DNA from: a virus
Lineage: Duplodnaviria > Heunggongvirae > Uroviricota > Caudoviricetes
IMG/VR virus record: IMGVR_UViG_2744054632_000003
Reading direction: 5' to 3' (one strand)
Length of the DNA stretch: 56,004 nucleotides
Position 1 is the first letter of the stretch, and each line of letters begins with the position of its first letter. The notes under the pieces were generated by a model. It was not told where the DNA came from. It saw nothing but the letters and a program-made list of their open reading frames with translations, and made no database searches. Position numbers and translations under genes: made by a program. This document shows positions 34,418 to 43,740 of this stretch, one piece after another.

Positions 34418-34937
34418 TCAGCAACCCCGGTATCAGTTCATCCAGCGCGGCTGCTTTGTTCATGGCTTTGATGATATCCCGTTTCAGGAAATCAACATGT
34501 CGGTTTTCCAGTTCCGGAAAACGCCGCTGCACCGACAGGGGGATCCCGTCGAGAATACTGGCAATTTCACCTGCGATACGCGACAGCACGAAAGTACAGA
34601 ATGCGGTTTCCACCACTTCAGCGGAGTCTCTGGCATTTTTCAGCTCCTGTGCGTCGGCCTGCGCACGCGTAAGTCGATGGCGTTCGTACTCAATAGTCCC
34701 TGGCTGGAGATCTGTCTCGCTGGCCTGCAGCAGTTCTTCAACCTCCCGGCGCAGCTTTTCGTTCTCAATTTCAGCATCCCTTTCGGCATACCATTTTATG
34801 ACGGCGGCAGAGTCATAAAGCACCTCATTACCCTTGCCACCGCCTCGCAGAACGGGCATTCCCTGTTCCTGCCAGTTCTGAATGGTACGGATACTCGCAC
34901 CGAAAATGTCAGCCAGCTGCTTTTTGTTGACTTCCAT
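34392..34937 (-). CDS. nu1: terminase small subunit Nu1
   Basis: MEVNKKQLADIFGASIRTIQNWQEQGMPVLRGGGKGNEVLYD matches lambda Nu1. Confidence 0.95.
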
Positions 34938-34939
34938 TG

Positions 34940-35126
34940 CTCATTCCACGGACAAAAACAGAGAAAGGAAACGACAGAGGCCAAAAAGCTCGCTTTCAGC
35001 ACCTGTCGTTTCCTTTCTTTTCAGGGGGTGTTTTAAATAAAAACATTAGGTTACGGCGAAGAAGAACGGAAACACCTTAAACCGGAAAATTTTCATAAAT
35101 AGCGAAAACCCGCGAGGTCGCCGCCC
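34940..35126. other. prophage cos site (cosB and cosN)
   Basis: Reverse complement matches the recalled lambda left end GGGCGGCGACCTCGCGGGTTTTCGCTATTTATGAAAATTTTCCGGTTTAAGGCG; 12-nt cohesive-end sequence at 35115-35126. Confidence 0.85.
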
Positions 35127-35325
35127 CGTAACCTGTCGGATCGCCGGAAAGGACCCGCAAAATGATAATAATTATCATCTACATGTCACAACGTGCATCT
35201 ACGCCATCAAACCACGTCAAATAATCAATTATGACGCAGGTATCGTATTAATTGATCTGCATCAACTTAACGTAAAAACAACTTCAGACAATACAAATCA
35301 GCGACACTGAATACGGGGCAACCTC

Positions 35326-35520
35326 ATGTCAACGAAGAACAGAACCCGCAGAACAACAACCCGCAACATCCGCTTTCCTAACCAAATGATTGAACAAATT
35401 AACATCGCTCTTGAGCAAAAAGGGTCCGGGAATTTCTCAGCCTGGGTCATTGAAGCCTGCCGTCGGAGACTAACGTCAGAAAAGAGAGCATATACATCAA
35501 TCCAAAGTGATGATGGATGA
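35326..35520 (+). CDS. ribbon-helix-helix-like small DNA-binding protein
   Basis: 64 aa; IRFPNQMIEQINIALEQKGSGNFSAWVIEACRRRL resembles the island RHH protein at 26191. Confidence 0.45.
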   Translation: MSTKNRTRRTTTRNIRFPNQMIEQINIALEQKGSGNFSAWVIEACRRRLTSEKRAYTSIQSDDG

Positions 35521-35882
35521 ACATCCCGGTTTCTTCCACCATCGCACCGGAAAAGCGACTATGAGGGTAACCCTGCGTCTGTCAGCACAGTAAAACCCGG
35601 TGTGCATCGTTTTTGATTATTCCCGCACACTCACGCAGAAGGAATTCCCCGTCGGGCTACGGTCATGGTTAATGCGGGAATACGGCGACGATACAGCGCA
35701 GCTAAAAGGGTAATAGACGGATAGACCGGTTTATTTCATTCCACAGGATTCTGAGTGTCCCCAACTTCCTCCAATAGTCTGAGCGTACACCTATATAGTT
35801 TTAATTTTCATCAATCCATTTAACTATCGTTTAATTGTTGTCACATAGGATTCTGCCGTTTTTAACAATGCAGGATAATAAG

Positions 35883-36176
35883 ATGAAAAAAATGTTGTTT
35901 TCTGCCGCTCTGGCAATGCTTATTACAGGATGTGCTCAACAGACGTTTACTGTTGGAAACAAACCGACAGCAGTAACACCAAAGGAAACCATCACCCATC
36001 ACTTCTTCGTTTCGGGAATTGGACAGGAGAAAACTGTTGATGCAGCCAAAATTTGTGGCGGCGCAGAAAATGTTGTTAAAACAGAAACCCAGCAAACATT
36101 CGTAAATGGATTGCTCGGTTTTATTACTTTAGGCATTTATACTCCGCTGGAAGCGCGTGTGTATTGCTCACAATAA
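35883..36176 (+). CDS. bor: Bor serum-resistance lipoprotein
   Basis: MKKMLFSAALAMLITGCAQQTFTVGNKPTAVTPKETITHHFFVSGIGQ matches lambda Bor; lipobox LITGC. Confidence 0.9.
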   Translation: MKKMLFSAALAMLITGCAQQTFTVGNKPTAVTPKETITHHFFVSGIGQEKTVDAAKICGGAENVVKTETQQTFVNGLLGFITLGIYTPLEARVYCSQ

Positions 36177-36207
36177 TTGCATGAGTTGCCCATCGATATG
36201 GGCAGCT

Positions 36208-36669
36208 CTATCTGCACTGCTCATTAATATACTTCTGGGTTCCTTCCAGTTGTTTTTGCATAGTGATCAGCCTCTCTCTGAGGGTGAAATAATCCCGTTC
36301 AGCGGTGTCTGCCAGTCGGGGGGAGGCTGCATTATCCACGCCGGAGGCGGTGGTGGCTTCACGCACTGACTGACAGACTGCTTTGATGTGCAACCGACGA
36401 CGACCAGCGGCAACATCATCACGCAGAGCATCATTTTCAGCTTTCGCATCAGCTAACTCCTTCGTGTATTTTGCATCGAGCGCAGCAACATCACGCTGAC
36501 GCATCTGCATGTCAGTAATTGCCGCGTTCGCCAGCTTCAGTTCTCTGGCATTTTTGTCGCGCTGGGCTTTGTAGGTAATGGCGTTATCACGGTAATGATT
36601 AACCGCCCATGACAGACAGACGATGATGCAGATAACCAGAGCGGAGATAATCGCGGTTAATCTGTTCAT
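36208..36669 (-). CDS. Rz: i-spanin Rz
   Basis: [72 protein letters not shown] matches lambda Rz. Confidence 0.9.
   Translation of the reverse strand: MNRLTAIISALVICIIVCLSWAVNHYRDNAITYKAQRDKNARELKLANAAITDMQMRQRDVAALDAKYTKELADAKAENDALRDDVAAGRRRLHIKAVCQSVREATTASGVDNAASPRLADTAERDYFTLRERLITMQKQLEGTQKYINEQCR
36267..36449 (-). CDS. Rz1: o-spanin Rz1 lipoprotein, nested in Rz in another frame
   Basis: [49 protein letters not shown] matches lambda Rz1. Confidence 0.85.
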   Translation of the reverse strand: MRKLKMMLCVMMLPLVVVGCTSKQSVSQCVKPPPPPAWIMQPPPDWQTPLNGIISPSERG

Positions 36670-37142
36670 ACCTCAATCTCTCTGACCATTCCGCCCGCTT
36701 CTTTGAATTTTGCAATCAGGCTGTCAGCCTTATGCTCGAACTGACCATAACCAGCGCCCGGAAGTGAAGCCCAGATATTGCTGCAACGGTCGATAGCCTG
36801 ACGAATATCACCGCGATCAATCATCGGTAAAGCGCCACGCTCTTTAATCTGTTGCAGTGCCACAGCGTCCTGGCTTTTCGGAGAGAAGTCTTTCAGGCCA
36901 AGCTGCTTGCGGTAAGCAACCCACCAGCGTGAAAGAAGTTGATAACGGCCTGCAGCTGTTGATTTGAGTTTCGGGTTTAGCGTGACAAGTTTGCGAGGGT
37001 GATCGGAGTAATCAGTGAAGAGTTCTCCACCGACAATAACGTCATAACCGTGGTTACGTGTCGGTTGTCGCCCGTTATCCGTTCCCTCTGACCATGCCAC
37101 CATATCAAGGAAAGCTTTACGCTGGGAATTTAGTACCTGCAT
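36666..37142 (-). CDS. R: endolysin R (lambda-type lytic transglycosylase)
   Basis: [60 protein letters not shown] matches lambda R. Confidence 0.9.
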   Translation of the reverse strand: MQVLNSQRKAFLDMVAWSEGTDNGRQPTRNHGYDVIVGGELFTDYSDHPRKLVTLNPKLKSTAAGRYQLLSRWWVAYRKQLGLKDFSPKSQDAVALQQIKERGALPMIDRGDIRQAIDRCSNIWASLPGAGYGQFEHKADSLIAKFKEAGGMVREIEV

Positions 37143-37145
37143 AAA

Positions 37146-37472
37146 TTACTCCTTAGAGCCACCAAACTTGTTACCGATTACTCTCATTGCAGCCCCACGA
37201 ATAGCATCAACACCGATCAGCCCCACCCCACCACCAATGGCAACAGATAGTGATTTAGGCCATCCGACATACTCAAGAGCGGATGCAAAAGTCAGCGTCA
37301 GAGCGCCACAGAGTAGAATTTCGAGTGTTTTTCGCTTCCAGCCGCCACCACCGCCAAAATAGGCAATACGTAAACCAGCCATAACAATCGACATAATCAC
37401 TGCGCCCAGCGGTGTGTCTCCACGCCACCAGCTCTGGACCAACTCCAGCCATGTATTTGGGTTATGAGGCAT
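37146..37472 (-). CDS. putative holin (not lambda S type)
   Basis: 108-aa membrane protein with hydrophobic helices immediately upstream of R; sequence unlike lambda S. Confidence 0.55.
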   Translation of the reverse strand: MPHNPNTWLELVQSWWRGDTPLGAVIMSIVMAGLRIAYFGGGGGWKRKTLEILLCGALTLTFASALEYVGWPKSLSVAIGGGVGLIGVDAIRGAAMRVIGNKFGGSKE

Positions 37473-37620
37473 TTGTAGTTATCTCTCACCTCGCTGATAC
37501 AGCAGGTGCAAATTGAGGAAACATCATGTACCGCAAATCAGAAGCGGAAACGTCAAAGAAGCCGAGTCAATGGATAACTGCGGGATAGGCTAGGACCAAG
37601 GAATCCCCAGACCCAGAAAC

Positions 37621-37646
37621 GACAAAACCCGCTCGATGGCGGGTTT
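37621..37646 (-). terminator. hairpin terminator between moron module and lysis genes
   Basis: ACCCGC-tcgatg-GCGGGT; minus strand is followed by TTTTGTCGTTTC, plus strand by TTT only. Confidence 0.4.
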
Positions 37647-37763
37647 AAGCTGTGTGGCGAAGTGAGCACACTTAACAGATTACGATATTTTTTGCGTACG
37701 CGTTAGTGTTTTGATAGAATTTTCAGCCACATAAAAATTCATTCTTATAATTCGGGATATATA

Positions 37764-38939
37764 ATGGATATAACTTGTTTAGAATGTGGCAATGTTCTTG
37801 ACGACCCAACTGTAGCTTGCGATAAATGCGGTGCCACGCCTCATGTTGTAGTGCTGGGCAAACAATCGTACTTTCCTATTGGTGCTGTAACAGCAAATCT
37901 TGAAAAAAATGATTCAAGAGCATTTGATTATCGATTAGGTGAAGTTTGGGATCTAAAAAATGAAGTCACATCTGAATTCATAACCAGAATTGAGAAAAAA
38001 TTTAGCCGAAAAAACAAATTTCATAACTTCCTAGACTCAGATCACAACCCTTCATCCATTCCTACGATCCTAAAAAAATACATTAATAAGAATAATGAAT
38101 TCATTGATTTATCTAGAGCTATAATAGAGAAGCTTAAACATAATGCTAATAACGAATCGAGAGTTGCCCAACTTCAGGGGGGGAGCGTTGTTTTCATCCA
38201 CTATAAGTCTACCGAACCAGAGGATTTGGGGAAACTTCTAATCGTAATGGTTGATAAACAAAGCGCCTATGACTTTGATTCGGATAAGTTGACCCCAACA
38301 AGATTAAATCCAATTAATACCGATGCCTTACGGCAGGCTGCGATGTTCGATTTAACTTTATTCGAAGCCAGTTATCCAGAAAACAAGGGTGACTCATATG
38401 TACATTTCTTGCAAGGTAAATCTAAAAGCGATTTTTTCAAAGACTCATTAGGTTGCCGACATGATTCGGACAATAAAAGAAGCATTCAGCAATTATTCAG
38501 TGCTATAGATATTTTTGCTAGTAAAAACTCACTCGGTCGTGTACTGCGTGATACTATTGACAATGAAGTTAAATCCTTACTGGAAAAAAAATCAAAAGAT
38601 AAACACGGAAATAAGTCCGTTAAGATAGAGGATATTTCAAAAATAATTGACTCATGCCTGACTGATTCACACAAATGTAAGGGAACGTTTGTCGATTTTG
38701 TTAATCTTAATGGTTTCCAGATTGACCCTCAATTTGAACCAACTCCTAAAGCAGCTGAAAGCGCGCTTACAATTGAAGTGGCAGATAACGACAATAATTT
38801 TAAGTTGAAAATAATGCGTGGAGCTATTGGAGACGAAAAGTCAAATAAGCCTGTAATTCTCACTGACAACAAATGCGAAATTGTGATAAAATTGAGTCAG
38901 GCAAATTATGATGAACTCAAAAGATATAGAGACAGCTAA
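37764..38939 (+). CDS. zinc-ribbon + NdpA/YejK-like (NA37 family) protein, AT-rich moron gene 1
   Basis: N-terminal CLECG...CDKCG ribbon; GGSVVFIHYKS...LLIVMVDKQSAYDFD...YVHFLQGKSKSDFFKDSLGC aligns with recalled YejK GGIVLFCHYRY...LLVAVLNNLSSMRVN...[23 protein letters not shown]. Confidence 0.5.
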   Translation: MDITCLECGNVLDDPTVACDKCGATPHVVVLGKQSYFPIGAVTANLEKNDSRAFDYRLGEVWDLKNEVTSEFITRIEKKFSRKNKFHNFLDSDHNPSSIPTILKKYINKNNEFIDLSRAIIEKLKHNANNESRVAQLQGGSVVFIHYKSTEPEDLGKLLIVMVDKQSAYDFDSDKLTPTRLNPINTDALRQAAMFDLTLFEASYPENKGDSYVHFLQGKSKSDFFKDSLGCRHDSDNKRSIQQLFSAIDIFASKNSLGRVLRDTIDNEVKSLLEKKSKDKHGNKSVKIEDISKIIDSCLTDSHKCKGTFVDFVNLNGFQIDPQFEPTPKAAESALTIEVADNDNNFKLKIMRGAIGDEKSNKPVILTDNKCEIVIKLSQANYDELKRYRDS

Positions 38940-38941
38940 TA

Positions 38942-40156
38942 ATGACAATTGCTGATGACTTATCAAGATTAGCGCAGATTATTAACGGAGCCTCAAGCAG
39001 AGTTGAGGGCTACTACACTGTCATAAGTCTTGAAGAAAGCATTGTTATTGTAAATAGTTCTGAAATAATTAGACTGTTACAATCTATAGGTTATAAAAAG
39101 GCAACAACCTGCATCGAAAATAATGAAATTTGGCTAGATCGCCAAGCTTCATCTTGGGATGATGCTATAATTTATGAGAATGTTGAGTCTTTTTGGTCTA
39201 GAGTAAACACCCAAAACGCTCTTCCGAAAAATTATATCATCGGAACGCCGTTAATACTCCCTACTTCTAAGAATGAAAGCATCGAAAAAATCCATATTTT
39301 CTTTATGTGGAAAGATATCCTTTCATTAATTGCTGATCATCATAACAGTGACTGCTCTGTCTTATTTTTCACCAATGAAGACAAAAGTTATACAGTCGAA
39401 CTCACGCATTTTTTACAATATAGCGAGATTAATCGCTTATCGAACTCGTCTCTTAAATATGAAATTATAAAGGAGCTTCTCGACACAATAAAAATCAATG
39501 ATTTACACAAAAGCGAGCGCAAGCTCGTTATACGCTCAGCCATAAACGAAGTATTTAAAGCAAATGGTACGTTCAATTTCTTTGACTTGCTTAACTCTAC
39601 TGAACTCGTCAGGAAAAAATATGATGAACTATATGAGATTTACACAAAGAGGTTTTCTGTAAATAAAATTCTTAACGAACTCGATGAGAAAAATCTTGAG
39701 TTCACGAGTAAAATTAACGAATTCATATCATCTAATCAGACAAAAGCATTGACTATTCCCGGTGCATTAATAGCAGCTGGTGGCTTAGTGAAGGCTAATG
39801 AAACAACCGAAGCAATATTGATTATCGCAGGACTTTGGATGATAAAAAAAGTCAATTACATTTCTATTGAGATATTCAATGAAACATTCGACAACTTACG
39901 TTCTCGAGTGGAGTCCGCTTTCGATAAGTATTTAAAGTTTGAAGAAAATAAAGAAATCAAAGATAATGCAGATAGTATTAAGAGTAGCATTACAGGTTTG
40001 ATTGATAAAGCTAAAAAAAGGATGAGAACTGTTAAATATCTCGCATCAGCCATGTTTTATGGAGGCCTTATTTACGTTGGATATAAACAGTTCCCAGTCT
40101 TTTTTGAAAAATCGGCAGTAAATCTATTTTATTTTTTATGCCATACTATAAGCTAA
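38942..40156 (+). CDS. membrane protein with C-terminal TM helices, AT-rich moron gene 2
   Basis: 404 aa; starts 3 nt after gene 1 stop; hydrophobic segments ALTIPGALIAAGGLV, AILIIAGLWMI, ASAMFYGGLIYVGY; no recognised domain. Confidence 0.5.
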   Translation: MTIADDLSRLAQIINGASSRVEGYYTVISLEESIVIVNSSEIIRLLQSIGYKKATTCIENNEIWLDRQASSWDDAIIYENVESFWSRVNTQNALPKNYIIGTPLILPTSKNESIEKIHIFFMWKDILSLIADHHNSDCSVLFFTNEDKSYTVELTHFLQYSEINRLSNSSLKYEIIKELLDTIKINDLHKSERKLVIRSAINEVFKANGTFNFFDLLNSTELVRKKYDELYEIYTKRFSVNKILNELDEKNLEFTSKINEFISSNQTKALTIPGALIAAGGLVKANETTEAILIIAGLWMIKKVNYISIEIFNETFDNLRSRVESAFDKYLKFEENKEIKDNADSIKSSITGLIDKAKKRMRTVKYLASAMFYGGLIYVGYKQFPVFFEKSAVNLFYFLCHTIS

Positions 40157-40492
40157 CATTGCTAAACAGCCGTCAACAAACCCCATTGCAGTTTGCAGTT
40201 CCTTCCTAATTGTGCCATCAGAGCATTTTCTCTTCTTCGCAATAGTGCGTAATGAGATACCGATAACAAAGTGGGCGATGATGAGCTCATATTCCTCTGG
40301 TTTATACCTTCTCAACCGAGCCACACAACTGTCTATCATGATGCCTTCGTCATCATCACACTGAATCCGTGACTTTTTGCCATGAGGTAAAAGTCCCTTG
40401 AAACCAGCCGCTATCGGCTGCCAGTCCACTCCGCTATTGTCTGAAGCAGCCCAAGCTCCCCAACGATCCATTACTTCATACATATCACGCAT
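40136..40492 (-). CDS. quuD: late antiterminator Q (QuuD-like)
   Basis: MRDMYEVMDRWGAWAASDNSGVDWQPIAAGFKGLLP resembles DLP12 QuuD; start taken at MRDMYEV. Confidence 0.75.
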   Translation of the reverse strand: MRDMYEVMDRWGAWAASDNSGVDWQPIAAGFKGLLPHGKKSRIQCDDDEGIMIDSCVARLRRYKPEEYELIIAHFVIGISLRTIAKKRKCSDGTIRKELQTAMGFVDGCLAMLAYSMA

Positions 40493-40713
40493 CAACTTTC
40501 TCCACAAAATCAGGCCAGAACGCCAATTACAAGCAAAAATCAACAAAACAGTATTAGTTGATTGTTATCTCTGACTTCATACTCCTGCTCCTGTCAGGGT
40601 TTTGGCGTAATTCTTCAGTATTCGGTAATCGGTCAAAACAGAACCGGGGAAACGATATAAGCGCAGACGCCCCCAGCGGTGGCGAAGAAATTCTGCCATA
40701 TTAAACTCAAACA

Positions 40714-41076
40714 TCATTCATTCCCCATTTCGGTGATGGTCAGTTCCAGCCTCCCACCTTTGGTAACAGGCATCTTCACAACGCGGTAATCAACGACCTG
40801 AGCATCATCCAGCCAGAAACCTGCTTTAGTGAGTGCGTCAAAAGCGGCTTTTTGCAGATTATCCAGGTCACGGCGACGGCGATCCGGCATGTGGCACTCA
40901 ATGCGGATTTTCACAGGCATAGCTAGGCCGATATCCAGCATTGCGTTTTTAATGATTCGGGCGACGTTATCGCGGTATGCCTGCCCCTCTGCGCTGACGT
41001 GCGTGCGCCCGCGATTATGGCGGTAATAGCGATTATTGCTCGGAGGCCAGGGTAATGTGATACTGTAGGTATTCAC
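40714..41076 (-). CDS. rusA: Holliday junction resolvase RusA
   Basis: [73 protein letters not shown] matches E. coli RusA. Confidence 0.95.
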   Translation of the reverse strand: MNTYSITLPWPPSNNRYYRHNRGRTHVSAEGQAYRDNVARIIKNAMLDIGLAMPVKIRIECHMPDRRRRDLDNLQKAAFDALTKAGFWLDDAQVVDYRVVKMPVTKGGRLELTITEMGNE

Positions 41077-41363
41077 GCCTTAATAACCCCCTCTTTCAGC
41101 CAGATAACCTGTGTTCTCGCCATACCTTCCAGCGCGCATTCTTTTGCATATGCAGCATCGACAAAATGTGTGCGGCGGTCGATTTCGTCGTGGCAGGCAG
41201 AACATGCAATGGTGGCAATCAGGTCTGGCGGTTTGATACCGGTACCGCACAATCCAGCCAGCCGGATATGTGCCAGTACAGACGTTTCAGAATTGCCATT
41301 ACATACGCCAGGGATTCTTACCTGGCATTCCCGACCACGCGCTGCTTTTCTCAAATCAGCCAT
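41073..41363 (-). CDS. ybcO: YbcO-like protein (DUF1364)
   Basis: [47 protein letters not shown]; AGGAGG SD upstream of ATG. Confidence 0.8.
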   Translation of the reverse strand: MADLRKAARGRECQVRIPGVCNGNSETSVLAHIRLAGLCGTGIKPPDLIATIACSACHDEIDRRTHFVDAAYAKECALEGMARTQVIWLKEGVIKA

Positions 41364-41526
41364 GATTCCTCCTTGCTGCCAGTCGCAACCATTTTTTATC
41401 AACCAGGCTAGCGGTATATCCGAGCAGTGTTGGTATTTCGGATGGCTTCGGCTCAGGCTTACGCTTACGACGATTTGATACTCTGTAGATGTGTCCGTTC
41501 ATGACACGAATAAGCGGTGTAGCCAT
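41356..41526 (-). CDS. ninE: NinE family protein
   Basis: 56-aa [59 protein letters not shown]; start overlaps ybcN stop (TAATG). Confidence 0.75.
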   Translation of the reverse strand: MATPLIRVMNGHIYRVSNRRKRKPEPKPSEIPTLLGYTASLVDKKWLRLAARRNHG

Positions 41527-41981
41527 TACGCCTCCTGCTTGTCACGGAGCAGCTGGAACTCGCAGCTCTGCGGAATAGTCAGGTGGCAGCCAATATTCAC
41601 CGCCCAGGCTTCAACCTTACACAGGAAGACATACATCTCTCCGGTATCAAGATCGGAGGTATGGCGTAACGACTGGATAGTGGTGATATCACCGGTTACG
41701 ACATCAACCAGGTCTTTGGTTTCATAACCGAGATATGTGTGTTTGAGAGCATCTTTTACCCAAGCTGGAGTGGCGAACGTTTTACCCCTGTTGATGAGGT
41801 ATTCACTGATTTCGCTGTACCACATGTGGCTGAGTGCATTCTGGGAAAGACTGCGTTTCTCACGCCACGGTTTAAGCACCATGCGAAAGCATTTGCCCTC
41901 CTCCAGATAAGGCTGGATCTGCCGACCGATAGCGGTGAAGTTACCGCGATGTAATTTGATGCCATCTTGTGGGAGATTCAC
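41526..41981 (-). CDS. ybcN: YbcN / NinB-like protein
   Basis: [58 protein letters not shown] matches DLP12 YbcN. Confidence 0.85.
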   Translation of the reverse strand: MNLPQDGIKLHRGNFTAIGRQIQPYLEEGKCFRMVLKPWREKRSLSQNALSHMWYSEISEYLINRGKTFATPAWVKDALKHTYLGYETKDLVDVVTGDITTIQSLRHTSDLDTGEMYVFLCKVEAWAVNIGCHLTIPQSCEFQLLRDKQEA

Positions 41982-42177
41982 GCTTCACCTCCGCAGAGGT
42001 CAAACGCTGGATGCAAAAAATCGCAGGTGCATCTCTGCATCTGTGAAGGGAGAAGAGAGTTTGGATTGTATGTGCGCATAAACGTCCCCGTTTAGCGCAG
42101 AAGTCACCGGAGTTGTTCAGGCTCCGATGACATGATTATGGCAAAATGATTATGTAAAATCAAAAGCCAAAAAACAA

Positions 42178-43122
42178 TTATGGTTTATTTTCTAGCTCTG
42201 ATTTTTTGAAAGCTTCTATCAGACGATTAGCATCTTCTGTACCACCAGGAAGCACGTTTGATTTTTTAAGAATATACGGTGGGAACTTTGTGGTTAAATA
42301 TTCATGCTTAAACCATCTACGAAACTCTGACAATGCAGAATCAGGATAGGCATTAATGATCTGAGGATTGGAACTTGCCTGAAGAAAATCTTCAGGGTAA
42401 TAATGCTCACAGTCTACTCTTTCTCCAAATTCTGTTGCTAACCCCTTTGCTTTCCAGTGACGCGCCCAGCAAGAACCAACACTGCCATCAGGTACGGTAT
42501 GCTGATTAATCGCTAATCCAGCATTGATGAGATCTACCATCATACCTGCAATTTCATTAAATATAATGAAATACCCATCAGGTATGGTTCCCTTATCTTT
42601 TAATAAAGATACTCTGTCATGGTAATGCCTCCACGGGTCCTCCGGTTGATATTTTAGCGCCTCGTATATAAATGTCTTGAGGCCTTTTTTAGCAAGCTCT
42701 CTGTAAGATCTAATTGCAGTCTCACTTTCTGCTTGTTTTGCTTCAAAGGCATAGTATTCAAGTATAGCCATGCATACAACATCTGGATAAGCATGGTACT
42801 CAACACCATTTCGAATTATTGGTATATAAAGTTTTTCATCTGTAAAACCTTCATTAAGAAGATATGTACCAATAAAAGTCATTCTTCCTTTTTTGAAAAT
42901 ACCGTTCTCAACAGATTGAGCCCACTCATCGGTAATTTCCTTGATTCGCAAACGCTGAACACCACAAACATTTGCCAACCCATTCTGAGTAAGGTACGGA
43001 ATTCCGTTATCGAGTACCCCCATTTCTATACCGTTAATGACAGCCTCTTGCTTAACATCTAAGTCTAAAGGTATGGATCTGAGGGAGGTAGTTCTCTGTT
43101 GTGCCATTTTTGATCCTATCAA
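42178..43122 (-). CDS. AT-rich moron protein with possible N-terminal KilA-N-like DNA-binding domain (BstA-like defence candidate)
   Basis: 314-aa ORF with AT-rich codons; N-terminal segment INGIEMGVLDNGIPYLTQNGLANVCGV resembles KilA-N/Bro-N pattern; no catalytic motif recognised. Confidence 0.4.
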   Translation of the reverse strand: MIGSKMAQQRTTSLRSIPLDLDVKQEAVINGIEMGVLDNGIPYLTQNGLANVCGVQRLRIKEITDEWAQSVENGIFKKGRMTFIGTYLLNEGFTDEKLYIPIIRNGVEYHAYPDVVCMAILEYYAFEAKQAESETAIRSYRELAKKGLKTFIYEALKYQPEDPWRHYHDRVSLLKDKGTIPDGYFIIFNEIAGMMVDLINAGLAINQHTVPDGSVGSCWARHWKAKGLATEFGERVDCEHYYPEDFLQASSNPQIINAYPDSALSEFRRWFKHEYLTTKFPPYILKKSNVLPGGTEDANRLIEAFKKSELENKP

Positions 43123-43311
43123 TTTGAATTCATTGAAAAAATTAGGTGTTCCCTATGCATTAGAACACTCATCATAGTAACCCCACTCGTTTGTGAAAAA
43201 AACTAATTTCACAATCAGTTAACTCTCAAAATAACTGATATTCATACTCTCGCTATCCCATATATAGACATCCTTGTTTTAATACAACACTCATGGCTGG
43301 CGGCTATACTC

Positions 43312-43629
43312 CTAACAGATTTGACGCAAATACGGCAATACTCGACTCCACTTATCATCCTGCCACGGCTGAAGTTTTACATGTGCCGTTTCTCGGACGA
43401 GGATTGCTCGCGCTCTGTTGAGTATCTGGGGATATTCTTGCTCGATGGAAGTGAAGTGACCAGCTTCACCATGCTCCGCATCCTGAAGAAGATGAGTAAC
43501 GTTCTGGTAGGCAATTAACATCACATTCCCTGCTCGCCATAACCAGGCGAGTGTGCAAAGTTCGTTATCAGTGAATTGTTTTGTGATTGGGGATTGTTGA
43601 ACTGCTAGAACGAGAACGCCAGCATCCAT
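43312..43629 (-). CDS. hypothetical protein (105 aa)
   Basis: ORF with no recognised family. Confidence 0.35.
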   Translation of the reverse strand: MDAGVLVLAVQQSPITKQFTDNELCTLAWLWRAGNVMLIAYQNVTHLLQDAEHGEAGHFTSIEQEYPQILNRARAILVRETAHVKLQPWQDDKWSRVLPYLRQIC

Positions 43630-43740
43630 TGGCAGTCCCTATAGTAAAACCATAGCTCAGGACGCTTCGTTCAGGATAGATAATTTTATTGTACTTACCT
43701 AACTTTCTTACTATAGCACGGTTGAAAAAGTGATTATTAC

